Part shown: positions 11,726-26,700 of the stretch, one piece after another
Layout: every line of letters starts with the position of its first letter
Position numbering within the stretch: position 1 is the first letter of the stretch
NCBI GenBank assembly: GCA_010405405.1
Contig: MU004237.1
Location: 1,623,345 to 1,687,344 of the forward strand
DNA length: 64,000 bases
DNA from: Microthyrium microscopicum
Taxonomy: Eukaryota
Reading direction: 5' to 3'
Translations under genes and position numbers: made by a program
Notes under the pieces: generated by a model
Seen by the model: the letters and a program-made list of their open reading frames with translations, nothing else
Told to the model about the DNA's origin: nothing
Databases searched by the model: none

Positions 11726-13981
11726 CTACGGCAGACCCATAAGCAATTCATATAGTTTCGGGAAATTGGGTGTGCCCAAGCCAGTCACTGGATCCCATCC
11801 TTTGGCGGTATAGAAAGCTGGCTTGAGAGGCCACTCAAGGTTATATCCTGAAGTAATCTGCGAATAGTATAAGGTATATCAGTGCTTTTTCCATCGACAA
11901 TTGCTCATGCTATAAACCACCAGTCAAAACTTAAGGAGAGACAACTCACATCATTAAACACTTCCGGATGCTGATAAATAATTGGGTTCAAAAACCCAAT
12001 CGGCCGTTTCGACGCTTTGATCCGATGCTCATTGATAAGGTTGACAATACTAGCAACTATAGGCGCCGAAGCGCTCGTACCGCCATTCAAATACGGCTTG
12101 CCTTTGTATATAGTCATGACGTTCAACCCGTTGGCGGAGACGTCTGGAAAGCCTCGGCCGGTGGCATTGTACAATGTCGCTGGTGGACGAATAGAAGGAG
12201 TATTTTCACCGAAGTATGACAGGACTGCGTCGTCTTGGTAACTGGGGCGAGCAAAAACATTGGAAAACCCTCCACCAGATGAGTAGCCTAGTTCTGCAGC
12301 TGCAACTTCTGGATCAGTTACTCTAGCTCCTTTTGATATCTAGAGCGGTTAGCTACTCGTCGGGTTTGCGATAGCCACGACTTTAATAGGACTTACTTGA
12401 GTCGCACCGACGGCAGTGACGTACGGGCATGAGGCTGGGAATCCGGGTGTATAGTTGGGCAGAAAATCGAGGCAGCCAACGATACCACATGAAGCGGCGA
12501 CCCCGAAATCGCCAGATGAAAAGAAAATGCTGATGCCCTGTAGGCCCAATTTCAAGTACTCATGGCACTGTCGCTGTGTGTAGAATGGGCTGTACACACG
12601 TTCGGCAATCCCATAGGATAGCGATATTACATTTGTAGGTTTATATGTACCACACATATTAAACCAGTCGTAACCGGAGTCGTCTGGTTCTTTATACGGG
12701 TATCTATACTTATATTAGTATGGTAAGAACAATGTCGAGATGAAACCTTGTGGTGGACATTGGAGACATACTGAGCGTCGAGTGTTCTGTTGTCGCCTCC
12801 TCCATAAGTACAAAATGACTAAGTAGGTAGGTAGCAGTTAGTTTACAGGCTCGGTGAGAAGACCGAAGCAAGCAGAGTTTGTGGTATACTTACACCGTCC
12901 ACAGCGTCTAGAAAGGTGTCGAATGAGCCAAGCTCGAGCGTACGGTTTTGAGCCACGAAATCATCATTAGTCTGGAACAGCTTGATCTTTTGCGGATAGA
13001 CGATTGGGAATGCGAGCTGGAAATCTAAAATGGACTCGTCGCCGGCATCATTCATCTCAACAGGGGCTTTGCCTCCATCGATTGAATTAAGGATTGGATG
13101 AGTACCAGTTGGGATATTGCTGGCAAAGTGTGTGAAGAAGGAGTCCAGATCTGCTTGATCATACCGATCTCCCTCCTCGAATATGCCAAGCTCGTTGGTG
13201 TCCTGCGCCAAAGTCGCATTCGGGATATTGTACAGAGCTATGTTGCAGAACAAATTAGCCAACTGTGCTTGGGGAGTGAAAACGTTACGAGATAATGCTC
13301 ACCTTTGATACAAGCAGGAGTAAGAGCTAGATCACAAGAGCCGAGCTCGTCTAAAACCAGAAGTGATCCGGTATAAGGCTTAATTTGCGGCTTCGACCAC
13401 TCTGATTGCTTACGTTTTCTCAACTTTCCCTTATTACTGCTGAATGCAAAGCCTGTCGTGGGAGTGACGAAATCGACATGCTGGGCAATGGAATTGTGTA
13501 GGCTGTACTCATCACAAGAGTAACTGAGATCTCCGGTGTCGACGTGCTCGTAAGTATAGTACTTGGTCTTCAATAATTCCTCCGCTTCAGATACAGTTGC
13601 ATGAAGCTGTATTGAGCCACCTCCGCGGGACACACGATATCTGGTCTGGCTGACGCCGGAGCTCTTGAGCCAAGCAAGTACAGACTCGACAGATTCTTGC
13701 GGGACTGCGAAGAAATCCTCCACCTCTTTGGTAGTCCAGTGTTTTCCAAAGTTGGGGGACTTGGGATCCGAGATGTCCATCAAATGATCATGTCCTAGAT
13801 GCAGATTCTGCTGCTTGAGACTGATTCTAACGGGTAATCTGATGTCTCTAGGGGCATTTCCTCGCTTGATCAGTTTCTGGGGTATTGATTCACGTTTCTC
13901 GTGGCGGATAAAGTGGTGCGAGGGAGCGGCTAGGCTGGAGGCTGATAGGATGAAGAGGAACAGACAACTGAATAGATACAT
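11726..13981 (-). CDS. Secreted sedolisin/tripeptidyl-peptidase (MEROPS S53, aorsin/SED-like) with pro-kumamolisin prodomain, 6 exons
   Basis: Signal peptide MYLFSCLFLFILSASSLA; prodomain ISDPKSPNFGKHW; catalytic ESILD, SSGDFGV, GRGFPDVSA, GGTSASAP; C-terminal GWDPVTGLGTPNF; TAG at 11726-11728. Confidence 0.92.
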
Positions 13982-15246
13982 TGTCAATCTTTCCAAATGG
14001 TTCTTGAATGAAGATCAACTTGAGACTGAAAGCCATATATGACGAGAGCCGTGAGCTTGAGTGTGCTGCTATATGTTCTACATCGCATCCATTGCGATAT
14101 AGAACTTCAGTATGAATGACAAGCTGTGCACTCCTCCACGATCGGATGAGCTGCATAACACGCATTGATATACCTAGATACAAGCAGCATCTACCCGATA
14201 GGGAGTTACGGACACTGAGGAGCCATGCCCATGCTACCGGCGGCCCGTAATGTCCAACTACCGTATCTCAATAATGTCACCACGAGTATACTTATCTATA
14301 GCTTATCATCTCTAAGTATGCAGAATCCATGTGTTTGCTTGCTTTTATATCTATGTGTAACAATCTCAATTGAGGTACCGATCATTGGGCCTTGATGCCC
14401 ATCAACCACAAGGCGTACAAGTGTTCTGTACTACTCAATCTATCACATTATGCCTTCAATATGTGCGACCGCCAAACATTTCCTGCTAGAACACAAAACC
14501 TATTCGAGCACGTTTTCTCTTTGGACATTTAGCGTGAATTTATTTTGTAAGCTGAGCGTAAGGCTAGGTCTAGCGGATTCCCTTTCTTCTCTCCACAATA
14601 GTGTGGTCATCTATAAGGCTGTGCGCAAGGCTGAAGCTTAGTGGAATCGTGCACAGTTGAGAGAAACTTACGGAGTACTTCTACTCGGGATGAGAAAGCC
14701 AAAGGAAGAAAGAGAATAAAGAAACATATTCTAAAAACATCAGTTTCAATAATCCGACCACCATAGTGTATGCGAAGAGGTAAGACTTGGTGGTGTTTGG
14801 GTGTCAGGTCATACAGTCATACTCATCCAACAATTTAGTTTCCAACAAAGCTCTAGACTGTGGACAATCTGTCAACATTAACTCTAATTGAACTGAGCTC
14901 AGGCCTGCGTAGCTCATGGAATAGTCAAGATGTGAAGAGTCAACACGGATACCAAGAATAGATTTGACAGTGTGTTGGACCAACCCGTTATCTTTGTACT
15001 ACTGAAGCTCCGAGAAATGATTTTCATTCTACTTTCATGGTTCTGCGAAAGTGCTAGCGACAGATTATCTGGTAATTCGAGATCATTGGAGGTGTAAAGA
15101 CATTAGCATTGATTGATTAAGGATAGTAGTATAGTGTAAATGCGGCTTTCCATCCAGCTCACTTCCTGGTAGTCAAGCAAATGTTTATTCCAGGGTATTT
15201 TGCATCATCGCCTTTCATGTTCGTCGTCATCAGCTCTTTATAATCT

Positions 15247-17243
15247 TTACGCTGGCCCCAGACCATCAATGTGACCTAGGAGTTTCTGAACAACTTTGTA
15301 TGCTGCGCTTGGTGCGTATCCAGGAAGTTCATGTCCTGACAATTGAATTTGATAAAACGTCAATCCACGTTCTTCTCCCCACAGTCCAAGATTGCCAAAA
15401 CCTCCGAGGCTGCCCCCGTTGAACTCTGGACCTTCCTCCACGTAAAACTGTTGCCCTGGGTATTCTTGAAGACCTTGAAGCCCATTCCAGGTCATGTTCT
15501 GAATGGCAAAGAGTGTTCCGTTAGTGTTGAGTAAAAAGTCTAGATTACCAGACCCGATAATGACGTTGTTTGTCTTTTCGATTACTCCGGCAAGGACACC
15601 ATTCAGAGCTGGGCCATTGCTGAGATCAGAGCCGTTGCCGGCGAATACGTTATTCTCAGTGCATTGCTCCCAGTTAGTGTCAAGTGGTGCATTTATAGCC
15701 TAGTATTCTATGGTTAGCACAAGACTTTATGTGTCCTTCCTTCTTGGGGTTGGAAAGACGTGACTCTGGGTAGAGACTTTACCTTCTTGACATCTGTGCG
15801 ATTGAAGTAAACAACTTCTCCGGGAGGCGAATAATCACCCTCATTGACAATCCCCAGGACAGCCCATGGATGTGGACATGTCTCTGAAATGTGATATATA
15901 TTGAAACAAGGGTTAACGTCGAGTATAGCGTCATATGCAAAGTCCAGGATATCACAATAGTCTTCAGTCCCATTCTGTGGGACTGAAGGTATAGGACCTA
16001 GCGACATGTAAGCAAACGCAATAAATGTACATGATGATCCTATGACATACCTGGTGGTGGAAACTTGAAGTATGTGTTCATAAAGTCAGTGTATCCACAT
16101 TGATCTGCTCTGGCATGCATTTCATCGATGAAAGTTGAGTTGAGATAGAAAACATTCTGCCAGTAGTCAACATAGGGAGCAATGACGACTTCTTGCTGCA
16201 AATTGCCATCGCCAATGATAGGATCGTTGATTGCAATCCCCTTGAGCTTGTAGTATTCATCATCAGCATGAGACAAGAATGCGTCTGCAATGTATGGCAC
16301 ATAGTATCCGCCGCTGAAAGAGACTTGTTAATGAAAATGTTCTGAACAAGCCTAAAAACCATAGGAAAAGAATGGAACACATACTAGGACTCGCCAGTGA
16401 CATACGTATCAGAGCCATGCAGTTCGAATGCATCGAAAAACTGCTTGTAGAAGCCGATAAACTCCAGAGCCAGTTCATATTCATTGGTGATGTCTGGTAC
16501 GCCCTACTCCAATCTTTAGCAAAAGGTTCTTGTAGGCTCTCGTTGTTTCTATTACCTGACTGAATCCAACACCAACAGGTTGCTCAACTAAATGCAGGTT
16601 AGGTCGAAGTTAAAGCGAATTGGGTTTGAAACTAACTCCATAACATATTTGTTAGATTTGTCCACGAATATGTGTTCGGAACGGGATCGAGTGTTCCAGC
16701 TTCCCACGTGAATGGGCCATTCTCTGTCAAAAGACCTGACAGTGAACTACAGCCAGGACCACCATTTAGCCATATGGTAATTTCATCGCCAGCATCTGGA
16801 TTTGTGCTAGGGAAAAACCTTGAGGCCAGTTTAGCTATTATCTTAGAAATCTATTAGCGCTGCATCTTACCAGAAGAATAGTTTACGAGTCTCATTTGCT
16901 GCGCCAGATATTGGTAGCAGACCAGCATAAGACTCCCCGAGATCCCAGGTTACGTCGGGTACCGCAGAACCATTGACAACAAATGCTAGAAATTGCGTAA
17001 GGATGAGAGTTGTAGCGGCACAAAGTATATCTAACCGCTTGTAACATTGTTCAAATACTTCGAATCCGCGCTTCGACTCTGGATCCTTTGAAACGGGAGG
17101 GCAGGCTGAGCAGGGGCTTGTGAGAGTCGAGCGCTTGCATCTCTTTGTATTTCTTTTACTCGTTGAAAGATATCAGCCGGTCGCGAAGCAGCCGATTCAA
17201 ATAAACCAAGCAGAGAGACCGCAAGTACGATTGGTGAGCGCAT
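15247..17243 (-). CDS. Secreted serine carboxypeptidase (MEROPS S10), multi-exon
   Basis: Signal peptide [39 protein letters not shown]; nucleophile motif GESY|GG split by an intron near 16385; SGHELP catalytic His. Confidence 0.92.
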
Positions 17244-18412
17244 TTTGATTGATGATGATACCAAAACCAGAAACTGACAACTCGAAATATAGTCAAGCAA
17301 CTCCAACTAAGTATTTCCTTCTGTGCCGCATGGCGAATATTGATGATTCCTACATACAAGCTACAGTTTTTAGATCTTACTTCAATTGGAAGGTTAAACG
17401 TGGTCCAGATGCACGATATCGTGGGTCAAACGCAATCGTGCTCTACCGATTCCCAATCATACCATGATATGCACAGAAGTGGGATTTGGTTGTAGCCTGG
17501 CACGGCTAAAAACATTGTAAAAGTCGGTATTAGATCTTCCTAAAAATGTTGTTCCGGCTGGTGGATGATCTACAGACTTACTCGAGGACATGGCTATACC
17601 AATCTAGGCAGGAAGAAGATCTCGATTCTGCACCACCCATGCGTGGTTGCATACAGAAATGTCAAGCACCCAGTCAAGAGCGCGATATTCTTTATCTTTC
17701 GCGGCTCAAGCCGACATTATTCTGGGGAGAGATCTCCACTCTTCTGCTGCTCTAAGACTTTGATGTTACCTTGCAGATTGACGTTTTCAAAATCATGACG
17801 ACAAGTCACAAAAGGATTCGCCAGCGGATGAGTGGAGCAAAGATCTGCAAAGACTCTAAGTAATTTACAATAAAAATAGCTAAGCACCTTATTTTACCCT
17901 GCTATTTACACATTACGAAATGTATAAGAAGCTTTTGAAAAGCGTTACATTTCTCAAATCACATACTGGTCTCGTGGTGTGTTCGATTTGTTCTCTTTGT
18001 TTGTCGATCAGATATACATGTGCTGCCCGCCTGAACAAGTCTGCCATGACACCTTGAATTTCCTCTGGTAGAAATTACCTAGCCGATAATTAGCATCTAT
18101 TCCAGAAGAACAATGGGATACTGATACATTCTGTAGAAAAAAGAATGGTTGATGGAAGTCTAACAGGCCAGCCTTTGTTCTTGGAGCTAATAGGAATCAA
18201 TACAAAGCGTGTCCACTCGACAAGCTTTTGTGCGCCGTCCCCGGACTGAGAACGATGTGAAAGGAGTATGTCACCTCTACGTGCGAGTAGTGAAGAAATT
18301 GGGTTCCTATGCAATCAAATTTTCTAGCTGTAATCTTTTCTCTATACATGGTGGTGTTTCTATGAGAGATATTGTTATACGATTCTAATTCATCCTCACG
18401 AGGGAGCTCTCC

Positions 18413-20782
18413 ATGGACTCTTCTCATCGAAGAAAGCGGCTAGTAGTTTGTGTTGATGGCACGCTTATGAATGGTGTCGGTACTAATGGTAACCTTACGA
18501 ATGTGTCTCGGTTTGCGAGGAGCCTTAATCATGTAGCGTCAGATGAGACGTTACAAGTTGTTTACTATGTTCCAGGAGTAGGAAGTGGAACCTCAAAATA
18601 CCAAAACAAGATTGACGCCTTGACTGGAAGAGGTATGCGACAGTACTACTTGACAGCACTGGACAGCGATAATTTTACTAACTTGTACAGGGATCGAAAA
18701 CATTATCCGGATGGCTTACAGCTTTATTAGCCATAACTACAATTTTGCCTCTGGAAAGGATGAAATATTTTTAGTAGGATTCTCCAGAGGAGCCTTCGCT
18801 GTTCGATGCTTAGCCTCTCTCATACATGATGTTGGACTCTTGACGAAGACCGGCCTGTCTCATTTACACACGCTCTACACGTGGTGGGTGAAACAGTGGG
18901 AAGGTCCTCATACTACTCTTCCAATGGAGGCTAGTATACCAGCCCTGAGAAGGATAGGTCTCTTACATCGGTCTGTTAAGATCAAAGCCTGCGCGGTTTG
19001 GGATACTGTAAGTGCTTTAGGATTGCCAACACCAGCAGGTATAACAAAAAAGCGATCTGAAGAGTTTGGATTCGTCAATCAGACAATCCCAGAAAACATT
19101 GAAAACGCTTTCCAAGCTTTAGCATTGAGCGAAAGCAGGGTGCCATTCGAGCCGGAAATATGGTCAATTCCACCGAAAACGATTTTAAACTTCAAGCAAT
19201 GCTGGTTTATGGGAGGACACCCCTACATTGGCGGCGGCTGCAAAGATCAAAAGTTGCCGAACATTGCTTTGATATGGATGATAGCCCAGCTCCAGAGGTT
19301 TACCGACATTTCAATCAACTCTGAATTATTGATGAAGCAAATGATACCGCAAGACAGACTGACACAAGCTGATATGAAATCTCGATCCGGTTATCGTCGT
19401 TTGCTAGAGCAGTTCGACAAAATAAAAGGGAGGAATACTAACAAGAGAAGGGGCACTAATGTTCGTTTCGAAGAACTTCTAAGATCGAGATCTATATCAC
19501 CTTATCGCAGCAAGATAGGTAAGTTATACAACCTTACAATGAAAGTCCTCTAAACAAAATAGCTTCCAAAGCAACGAACTCCAAACGTGGCATACACGCT
19601 CTTACGGGGGAAAAGCCAAGGTGGCGTGGAATGCCTCGCTGGACTAGAGTGCCACCAGATCATCCATTGCCACAGAAAGGACAGCGTGGCCCCAGCGTGA
19701 TATCTCGTCGCTTCCTAATAGAAGGGGATACAGTTTCAGACATACATAAGTACGAAGTACAGACTATGTCCAAGGTTGTGGGTGACAGGAAGTATCTTTT
19801 GGGGTTGGACAGTCGAGAAACCATTCATTTCACAGTTCGAGCCATGATGGCTGCAGGATACGCACAGTCTCGTAACATGCAAAACGCGAGAACTATACTC
19901 ACTGGATTAAAAGAGCCTAGAGTTATATGGGATTTGAGAAAGTTGGTCGAGGCCAATGACATGGGGTATTGGAGCACTCTTTCATATCTCCCAGCTACCG
20001 TACCAGAGGATACTGCCTCTGACGAAGAGCTTCATTTATTGAAATTGTGGCTAGATAGATGGCAGAAGTATATCGACGAACATACGCTTACGCCAAAATC
20101 CACTACGGCATTACAGACGGCAGCTCCACAGAACCTTAGCAAATCACGCAAGCTGTCACTCAAGTCCCTCAAGGACCGTTTCAGTTCAGATAATGACATT
20201 CGCAGAAGACGGGCCCAGTCTGATCCTCGAGCACTGAACAAATCATCATCCTTCTTCAGTATACTCAACATCAACAGGTCTTCAGATCGAAGACTTTTCC
20301 GAAAGTCTCCCTCAAGCCCTTACTCGACTATTGGCGCTTTTATTAAACCACCAACGCCTTTACCGACCCCGACAACAGAGCACATGGTACAAATGTCACC
20401 AGGAACAGCAAAGGGATACTTTGACAACTATAATAAGCGGATCAAGTACAATCTCATGAATGGTTTGCTCGGGGTCCATGATATCTTAACTTTGAGTCCC
20501 TTAGAACTTCCCGAAATAAGGATACCACCTCCTAGACAATCCTTGACATGGGAAGGTACTAATGAAGAGGAATATGATGAGGAGCAAACCCAGGAGCAAA
20601 CGACAATTGAAGAGGAGGTGGATGAAGAAGAGACGAGCGAAGAAGATGCGGGTGAAGAAGCGTCAAGTGAAGATGCAAGAGTTGGGGAGTTACTAAAGGA
20701 AGAAGGCGAGCCAAAGTCTCATCCAGCGTTGTACTTAATATATTTATCCCAGGCGAAGAACCCAACAATGATGGTGAACTGA
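18413..20782 (+). CDS. DUF2235 (Tle1-like alpha/beta-hydrolase) protein with a long low-complexity, acidic C-terminus, 3 exons
   Basis: Introns approx. 18633-18689 and 19519-19562. Motifs: RLVVCVDGT, YYVPGVG, LVGFSRGAF, AVWDTVSALG, WFMGGHPYIGGG. Confidence 0.82.
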
Positions 20783-23700
20783 TAGATAGTGACAGCTTGA
20801 ATGTACGAATGTTGTTTCTTATACATATACCAGCTTAGATCAAAGTAAAATATGTCAGAAGTGCTTTCTTGTGAGCAAAGAATTCAGACTCACTACTTTC
20901 CCAACAGCTCGATAAACGTATAACATTCAGGCTGGGTTCACAAATTCCAAGGTAGAGCACTCTGCTCTGAACAAGGCATTACAACCCGACGCATTAGCAA
21001 CATATTTTCCGCAAACAGTATAAAGTATTGACTCGCTCTCCTTTGCGAATGATCGCAGCGAGCATCAACAACCCAGTTCTCGAACACGTTCTTACCTTAT
21101 TACCGGCGCCAAACAATCCAAAGATCACAAGTCAAGAAGGAAGTCTAGAATTCGGACGAAGGGATCCCGTAAACGATAATATTATTAAAAAAGACTATCG
21201 TACGCCGTCCATTTCAAAACATCAATGGACAGCAGATCAACACCACTCACAGTCTCAAGAAGGGCATCCCATGTCCTGTCAATTACGAAAATACGGCGCT
21301 ATCGAGCGCAGAGTGCAAGATTTATTGCAATGGCGGGTCCGCTTGCAGTCGGCTATTTGGGTGGGAAAACGGGATTTCGGGCCATTGTTCCCACGATCCT
21401 ACGTGACTAGCGAGACATTGAGGCGTGGCAGGAAAGTTCGTTTTTCTAGCGAGAGATATTGTAACATAGGGAGCGAGATGGACGGATTATGCCGAGATTT
21501 TTGAGGCAATAAGAATTTGACTTGTGCTGATCTTGCGAGCAAAAAGAAACCACAAGTTTGTGATCTACTGCTTTCCTCAGTAGACGATTTGCTCTGGGAT
21601 GAGAATCTGTCCAGGTGGTAAGTTGTTTCGGCAAGAAGATCATGAAAAGACACCCAGAGATATTCGATCGGCTCATTGAGGATGTCTGCCAGCAGACAGA
21701 AAACGAGTCGACCGATGAGGAAGTTGACCTGTAAAGTTTGAACCGTATTTGGACCTCAAGATAGACAGATGAACAGTAAAGTCAAATCTATCTTGAACAT
21801 TGAGGTGACCATGAGCAGCGGCCGAGACGTGCCTTCCCCGTTCAACATTCACGGAGTTTAAGACAAAAAGTTGTTCCGCCGTCCCGTCGATACACAAACG
21901 GTACAGTTAAACAGGAGCAATGTTGTACCGGACCGTGGCGATAACCCTGCTTGCAAATGAACGCTGGTACGTCTCCGAGAGGGCAGCGCTCAGGGCAGGC
22001 ATCCGGGTGGAAAGAGTGCCTGGAGAGTGCATTAGAGATTGCAACGCCTTGCGTCACCTGCAATGACCAAGAAAAGCTGTAAAAATAGGTATCGGTTGTG
22101 GAGGTATAGCGCAGTGAGTAACAGCTATGAATTCGCGGGGCCATTGAGTCGAGCGGAAACTGATTCCCAGTGTAGGGAAAAAAATAAAAAAATGCTCTGG
22201 CATTGGCGACTCAGTTTGGCGCCTACCAGCCATTTGGCGTAGTAATACTACTGCTCGATTAGTGCAACACCATGACATGGGTCAAATCAGAAATATCGCC
22301 AGCTATACCAACCTCAAGCATTCCAAATACGATTGCAGGTTTAAGCTGTTGATGCGTTGGAATAAATTCAGAGGCCCTATACATGATATTGAGGTGAAGA
22401 TTAATGAAGTTATGAGATAGAGGATCAAATAGATAGAAACAGGGAGCTAAGCCTCATAGCAGAGCCGAGAGGAAAAAGTCCATCGTCAGGCTGCTGGTAT
22501 GGGAAGTTTGATTATGAGATGCTGGTGTTGAAAATAGAATAGGAGAGGTATCGCGAAAAGCGAACGGCAATATCCTAGCACGCCCAGAGAGAACCCGACA
22601 ACCAATATTCGATCAATAGTATCGCAAGCATGGGCCCTAGAGGTCAATTCATTTGCGATGGTACATCAAAGTTGCCAAGCTGAATCATGTAGACTAGGTA
22701 TCGCAGAGAAAATTGAGTTATAGCAAGATTGGTTGGTGGTCGAAAAGTACCTTGAAGTTGAAGATCGCGGCTACCAATTAGTAGTAATTTGCTGCATGCT
22801 AGGCTATTTTTATTTCCGAAAGTGGAGTATTTTGTTCCCAAATTAAACTGTATGCATACTAAATAAGCCTAATCTGGGGTATTTGTCAAACACCTTGTGC
22901 TATGGTTGGTCGTTGAGGCGCAGTCAAGATCTACATATGCAGTGCCCTGCGGGTTCTTTGCGTTCCGCGAATCCTGTTTGAGCCGCATATGAGGCTAATT
23001 TATGGCTTATCTTGACCCAAAGCAGTGTGACGGTTGTTGCCGGTTCGCGTGTGGCTTTCAGGGACAAGGCTGCGAGCAAGGCTGGCACCTGGCAGATCAG
23101 TGTACAAGTCGTTGTTCTTCTGACCGCAGGGCTATCCTCGCAGCTCTCATTCTACATCCAATTGTCTCGATCGAGAAGAAGATTAAGTTCTGTGGTCAGA
23201 GCATTACCATGTCGTATCTTAGTTATGCTGTTGATCTGTCTATTACCGCGGGTTTACTTGCCAACCCTTTGTTCAGCTTTCATGCCTTAAGTGCATAAGC
23301 GGTCTTGGAAAAAACCAGGTGCAGCTTCCGGTAGGCATAACTTCCTAAAGAAGCAATAATAGCTAGTTTCGTAACATTTAGTCCGCTTGTCGGCATTTAA
23401 GGAATGGAACACTTCTTTAGTCCGCAGTTGACTACACCGTTACTAATGATCCGCGGAGCGTCCTCATGTGCCGGATCAGCCCATTCTGCTGCATATCGGG
23501 GGATATTACACCAGCATTGTTAGGTTCGCCGAACGTTTCCTCAAATTCTTGAGCTTTGATTGACCCTAAGCCGAAGCGAAGGGGGGCCTAGGTCACGAGA
23601 GCGGCCCAAGCAGCCGCGCGGCCGGGGAAATTCTTGTTTGAGTTGCAACTGCGCAAACATTGTTAGCCCGCGGGAATAAAGTTGACGTGCGAATGTGGAC

Positions 23701-26700
23701 TTCGCAAGAAGCAACTGTTTGAACTGGCATGTGCGTTCAGAACTCTGAGTAACGCAGCGAAGATTTGTCGCAAAGACCTAAAATGGAAGTTCATTAGAGG
23801 ACTTGCATGCATGGCTTCCTTACGACGGAGCTGCTTCCTTATTCGAAAATGCTGGACTCTTTCTTGGCCTGCAGGTTACCTCATGAAGCAGCAATCCAGA
23901 GATTGAGCTTCTTTTGATGGCCCTGTAAAAAAAATTATGCCTCAGGTTTAATTGATATGCTGCTCGAACATTGAAAAGAAAATGAACAGGGCTGGAGTTT
24001 CTTCAACACTGAATCAACAGTGCTAAGGCAGGACCAATGCACTTCCATGCGCCCCATGCGTTGGGCGACCGTTGCCTGCATTGTACTTGAAGTATCCTCG
24101 CTGAACACGACACGACAAGAGCATTCCGAATAAAAATAATATCAACGGCAATCGTGATTCAAAAAGATTACGCATCTATCGAACCATGGCGGATGAACAA
24201 CTCACTCGCAGTGGAAATTTGAAACAGAGGTTGCATGAGCCTACAATTGACTACAATGTCTTGCCTAATAACAGGTGATAGACGCACTTGACGCGGCGAA
24301 TAGGGGAGTGAATTGGATTTGAAACCCGGTCACCTCGTCAGAAGCTGATATCAAGCCTGTAAAGATGCGGAGCCGCTGATCGTATCTACTTGATCCTTGT
24401 TAAAGGTATGTAGCAACATCCGCACGATCCATCTCCGCCTTCTCTCTACCACATCGTAGTTGAGCAAGCTGTAAACTTGCGGTGGATAGAAAGCTTCCCG
24501 CGTCAATGGCTTCTCAGCATAAATCACACCTCGTATTCGGTAGTTGTTTGCAGATGATATACCAAAGGCCAAGGACAGCCCGATGAAGTCTGAGTAGTGA
24601 ACCCTGAGCCAGGAGGTCTACCCATTCAGCACTCAGTATCCTTGTCCGCGGCAAGTTTTGCGGCAGGATTGCGGCACGCTGGACACTTTGGCCATGCAGT
24701 TGAAGCGGAAGGAAATGTTAGCCGCGTTGTCTTTCCTCCACACTCCGTCAGCCTTATTGCTGTTTACCTTGGTCAATTTATGTATATCTAGCTACTTGTG
24801 GAAGTCAAGAAACCTATCTTCATTTTGACTCGTCGTTAATTAGCTTTTGCCATTGTTTCTACTAACTGTTGGTTCGGCGTCAAAGCCATTGAGCTGAATC
24901 CACTTATCCTTATATTCAATCCGGATATCATAGAAAATGGCAGATACCGTAAACATTGACCAGCGGTCCAAGCAGCAACGGCATTTTCCGAGAGTTGGGC
25001 AAACTGTGACCAAATATCGAATGGAGCTAGGTTTTATTGGTCGAATGGTTAATGTAAGGATAGACTTGGAAAATGAGCCAATTGAAACGCCAGACGAGAT
25101 TACAAGGGCTATTGGTTAAATATCGACAAACGTCTCGCTTGCTGCCGCCTACAAGTCAAAGCGTATGAGGAGACCCAATTGTTGAAAAGAATTAAATGCA
25201 ATATCTGACAAAACGGTAGCTGTTGGTTCGCACGTTATTTTTGTTACCTTGCGGCATGTAAAAAGAGCCACTATCCACGTTGTCCATGCAGTAGCTCTTG
25301 GGATTTGAACCATGTCGCCGTTGTACCCGGCAGTATGAGCTGCTTTGACTGCTTCTGGAACAATTATGGTACAAATCCCTGATCTGGCATGGTAGGTGGG
25401 TGTTGGCGCGTGGAAGCGCAAAAAATGCTGGTAAAATTATAGACCAGGTAGCTTTCATGGGTGCTAGATCCGCGGTTATCCTCCGAGCTGCGCCGAAGAA
25501 GAACATAATTTGGAATACTGATTGTGAAGATGGTTTGGGGATGCATGATTACGTTGTAGATCAGAATATAGAGTAGTGCAGGGGATACAAGTATTAAGAA
25601 TGTGGCTGAGTACAAGATTACGGTTTAACGCTTCAGGAAGTTTCAAATCGAGTTAATTAGCCTACCTGTGAAAATCAAATAATTCTAATTTCGGCTACAA
25701 TGAATATGGGTAGTTGAAATTCGGGAGGCTTAGTAGCGTCTGGAATGTGAAAAAGAATAGATACGGTCAAGCCGAGATGAGCGGTGACTAGTGAGTTCGC
25801 TCTGAGAAATGATAATTGGAGAGATGGCAGGAAGAGTCAAACACGCCACGTACTCTTGCAGATACATACCAGAGGCTGGAAGTCATGTACGGGGATAATT
25901 AGCTTGATTCAGATTGGCATGTGAGCAACGGGAGCGGTTGATTTGAGGTGCATTTCCTAGATTTGAATGCATGCAGACAACGTCCGACAATAGATTGAGG
26001 CTCTCAGGCGCATTGTGTAGGAAGATTCGATTGGCATCTAGAAGGCGTGAAGACTGCACGTTGCAATGGCCATGCGGAAGAAAGCGTATGAAGCAGACCG
26101 TTGGATAGCCAATAATGGGACTTGTAGGGCTGAAAACGGCAACTTTCCCATATATGGATAATAATCAAGCTGTATGTGGAAAGGCTCACAGGCTAGAAGG
26201 TCGCGGGGAAGTAGATTGGCAGGTTCTAGTGGTTGGTGGACGGGCGATTCAGAGCAATCAACGATTTGGCGACTGCACGGGAGATGGGTTTGAAAGTAGA
26301 GTAGTGTTGAGCAGAAAGAGAGGAGGTTGTCAGTTGAGTCGAGGCGAGGGAGGAAGTAGGATATTTTTAAACAGCAACTTACCAAGCAAGCACGGACGGG
26401 GCCCCTGTGCTGTGCAAGCAACCAGGGGGCAGTGGCCAGGGCCCCCGGGGCTAGACCATTTGGGGCATAGCTGGCGGGCCATCCCTGCTCACATCCGCGC
26501 TGGGAAAGAGCATCGCGAGCCTCTCTCCGAATGCTCCTGCGTCGTATCTCAATATCAAATCTCATCACCTCCTGGTACTGGCACTGGTAGGTAATGATAC
26601 TGCATCTCGTAAACTGCATGTGTCGCGGTAGATGCTGCCACCGCGAACCTTGTTCAACATGTTCTCTGCTCAAGCTTGCGGCCCATGGACTGACAAACTC

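Noticed and set aside
21028..21504. 158-aa ORF
   Set aside because: Non-ATG start in the ORF track, no domain, and composition typical of a random ORF.
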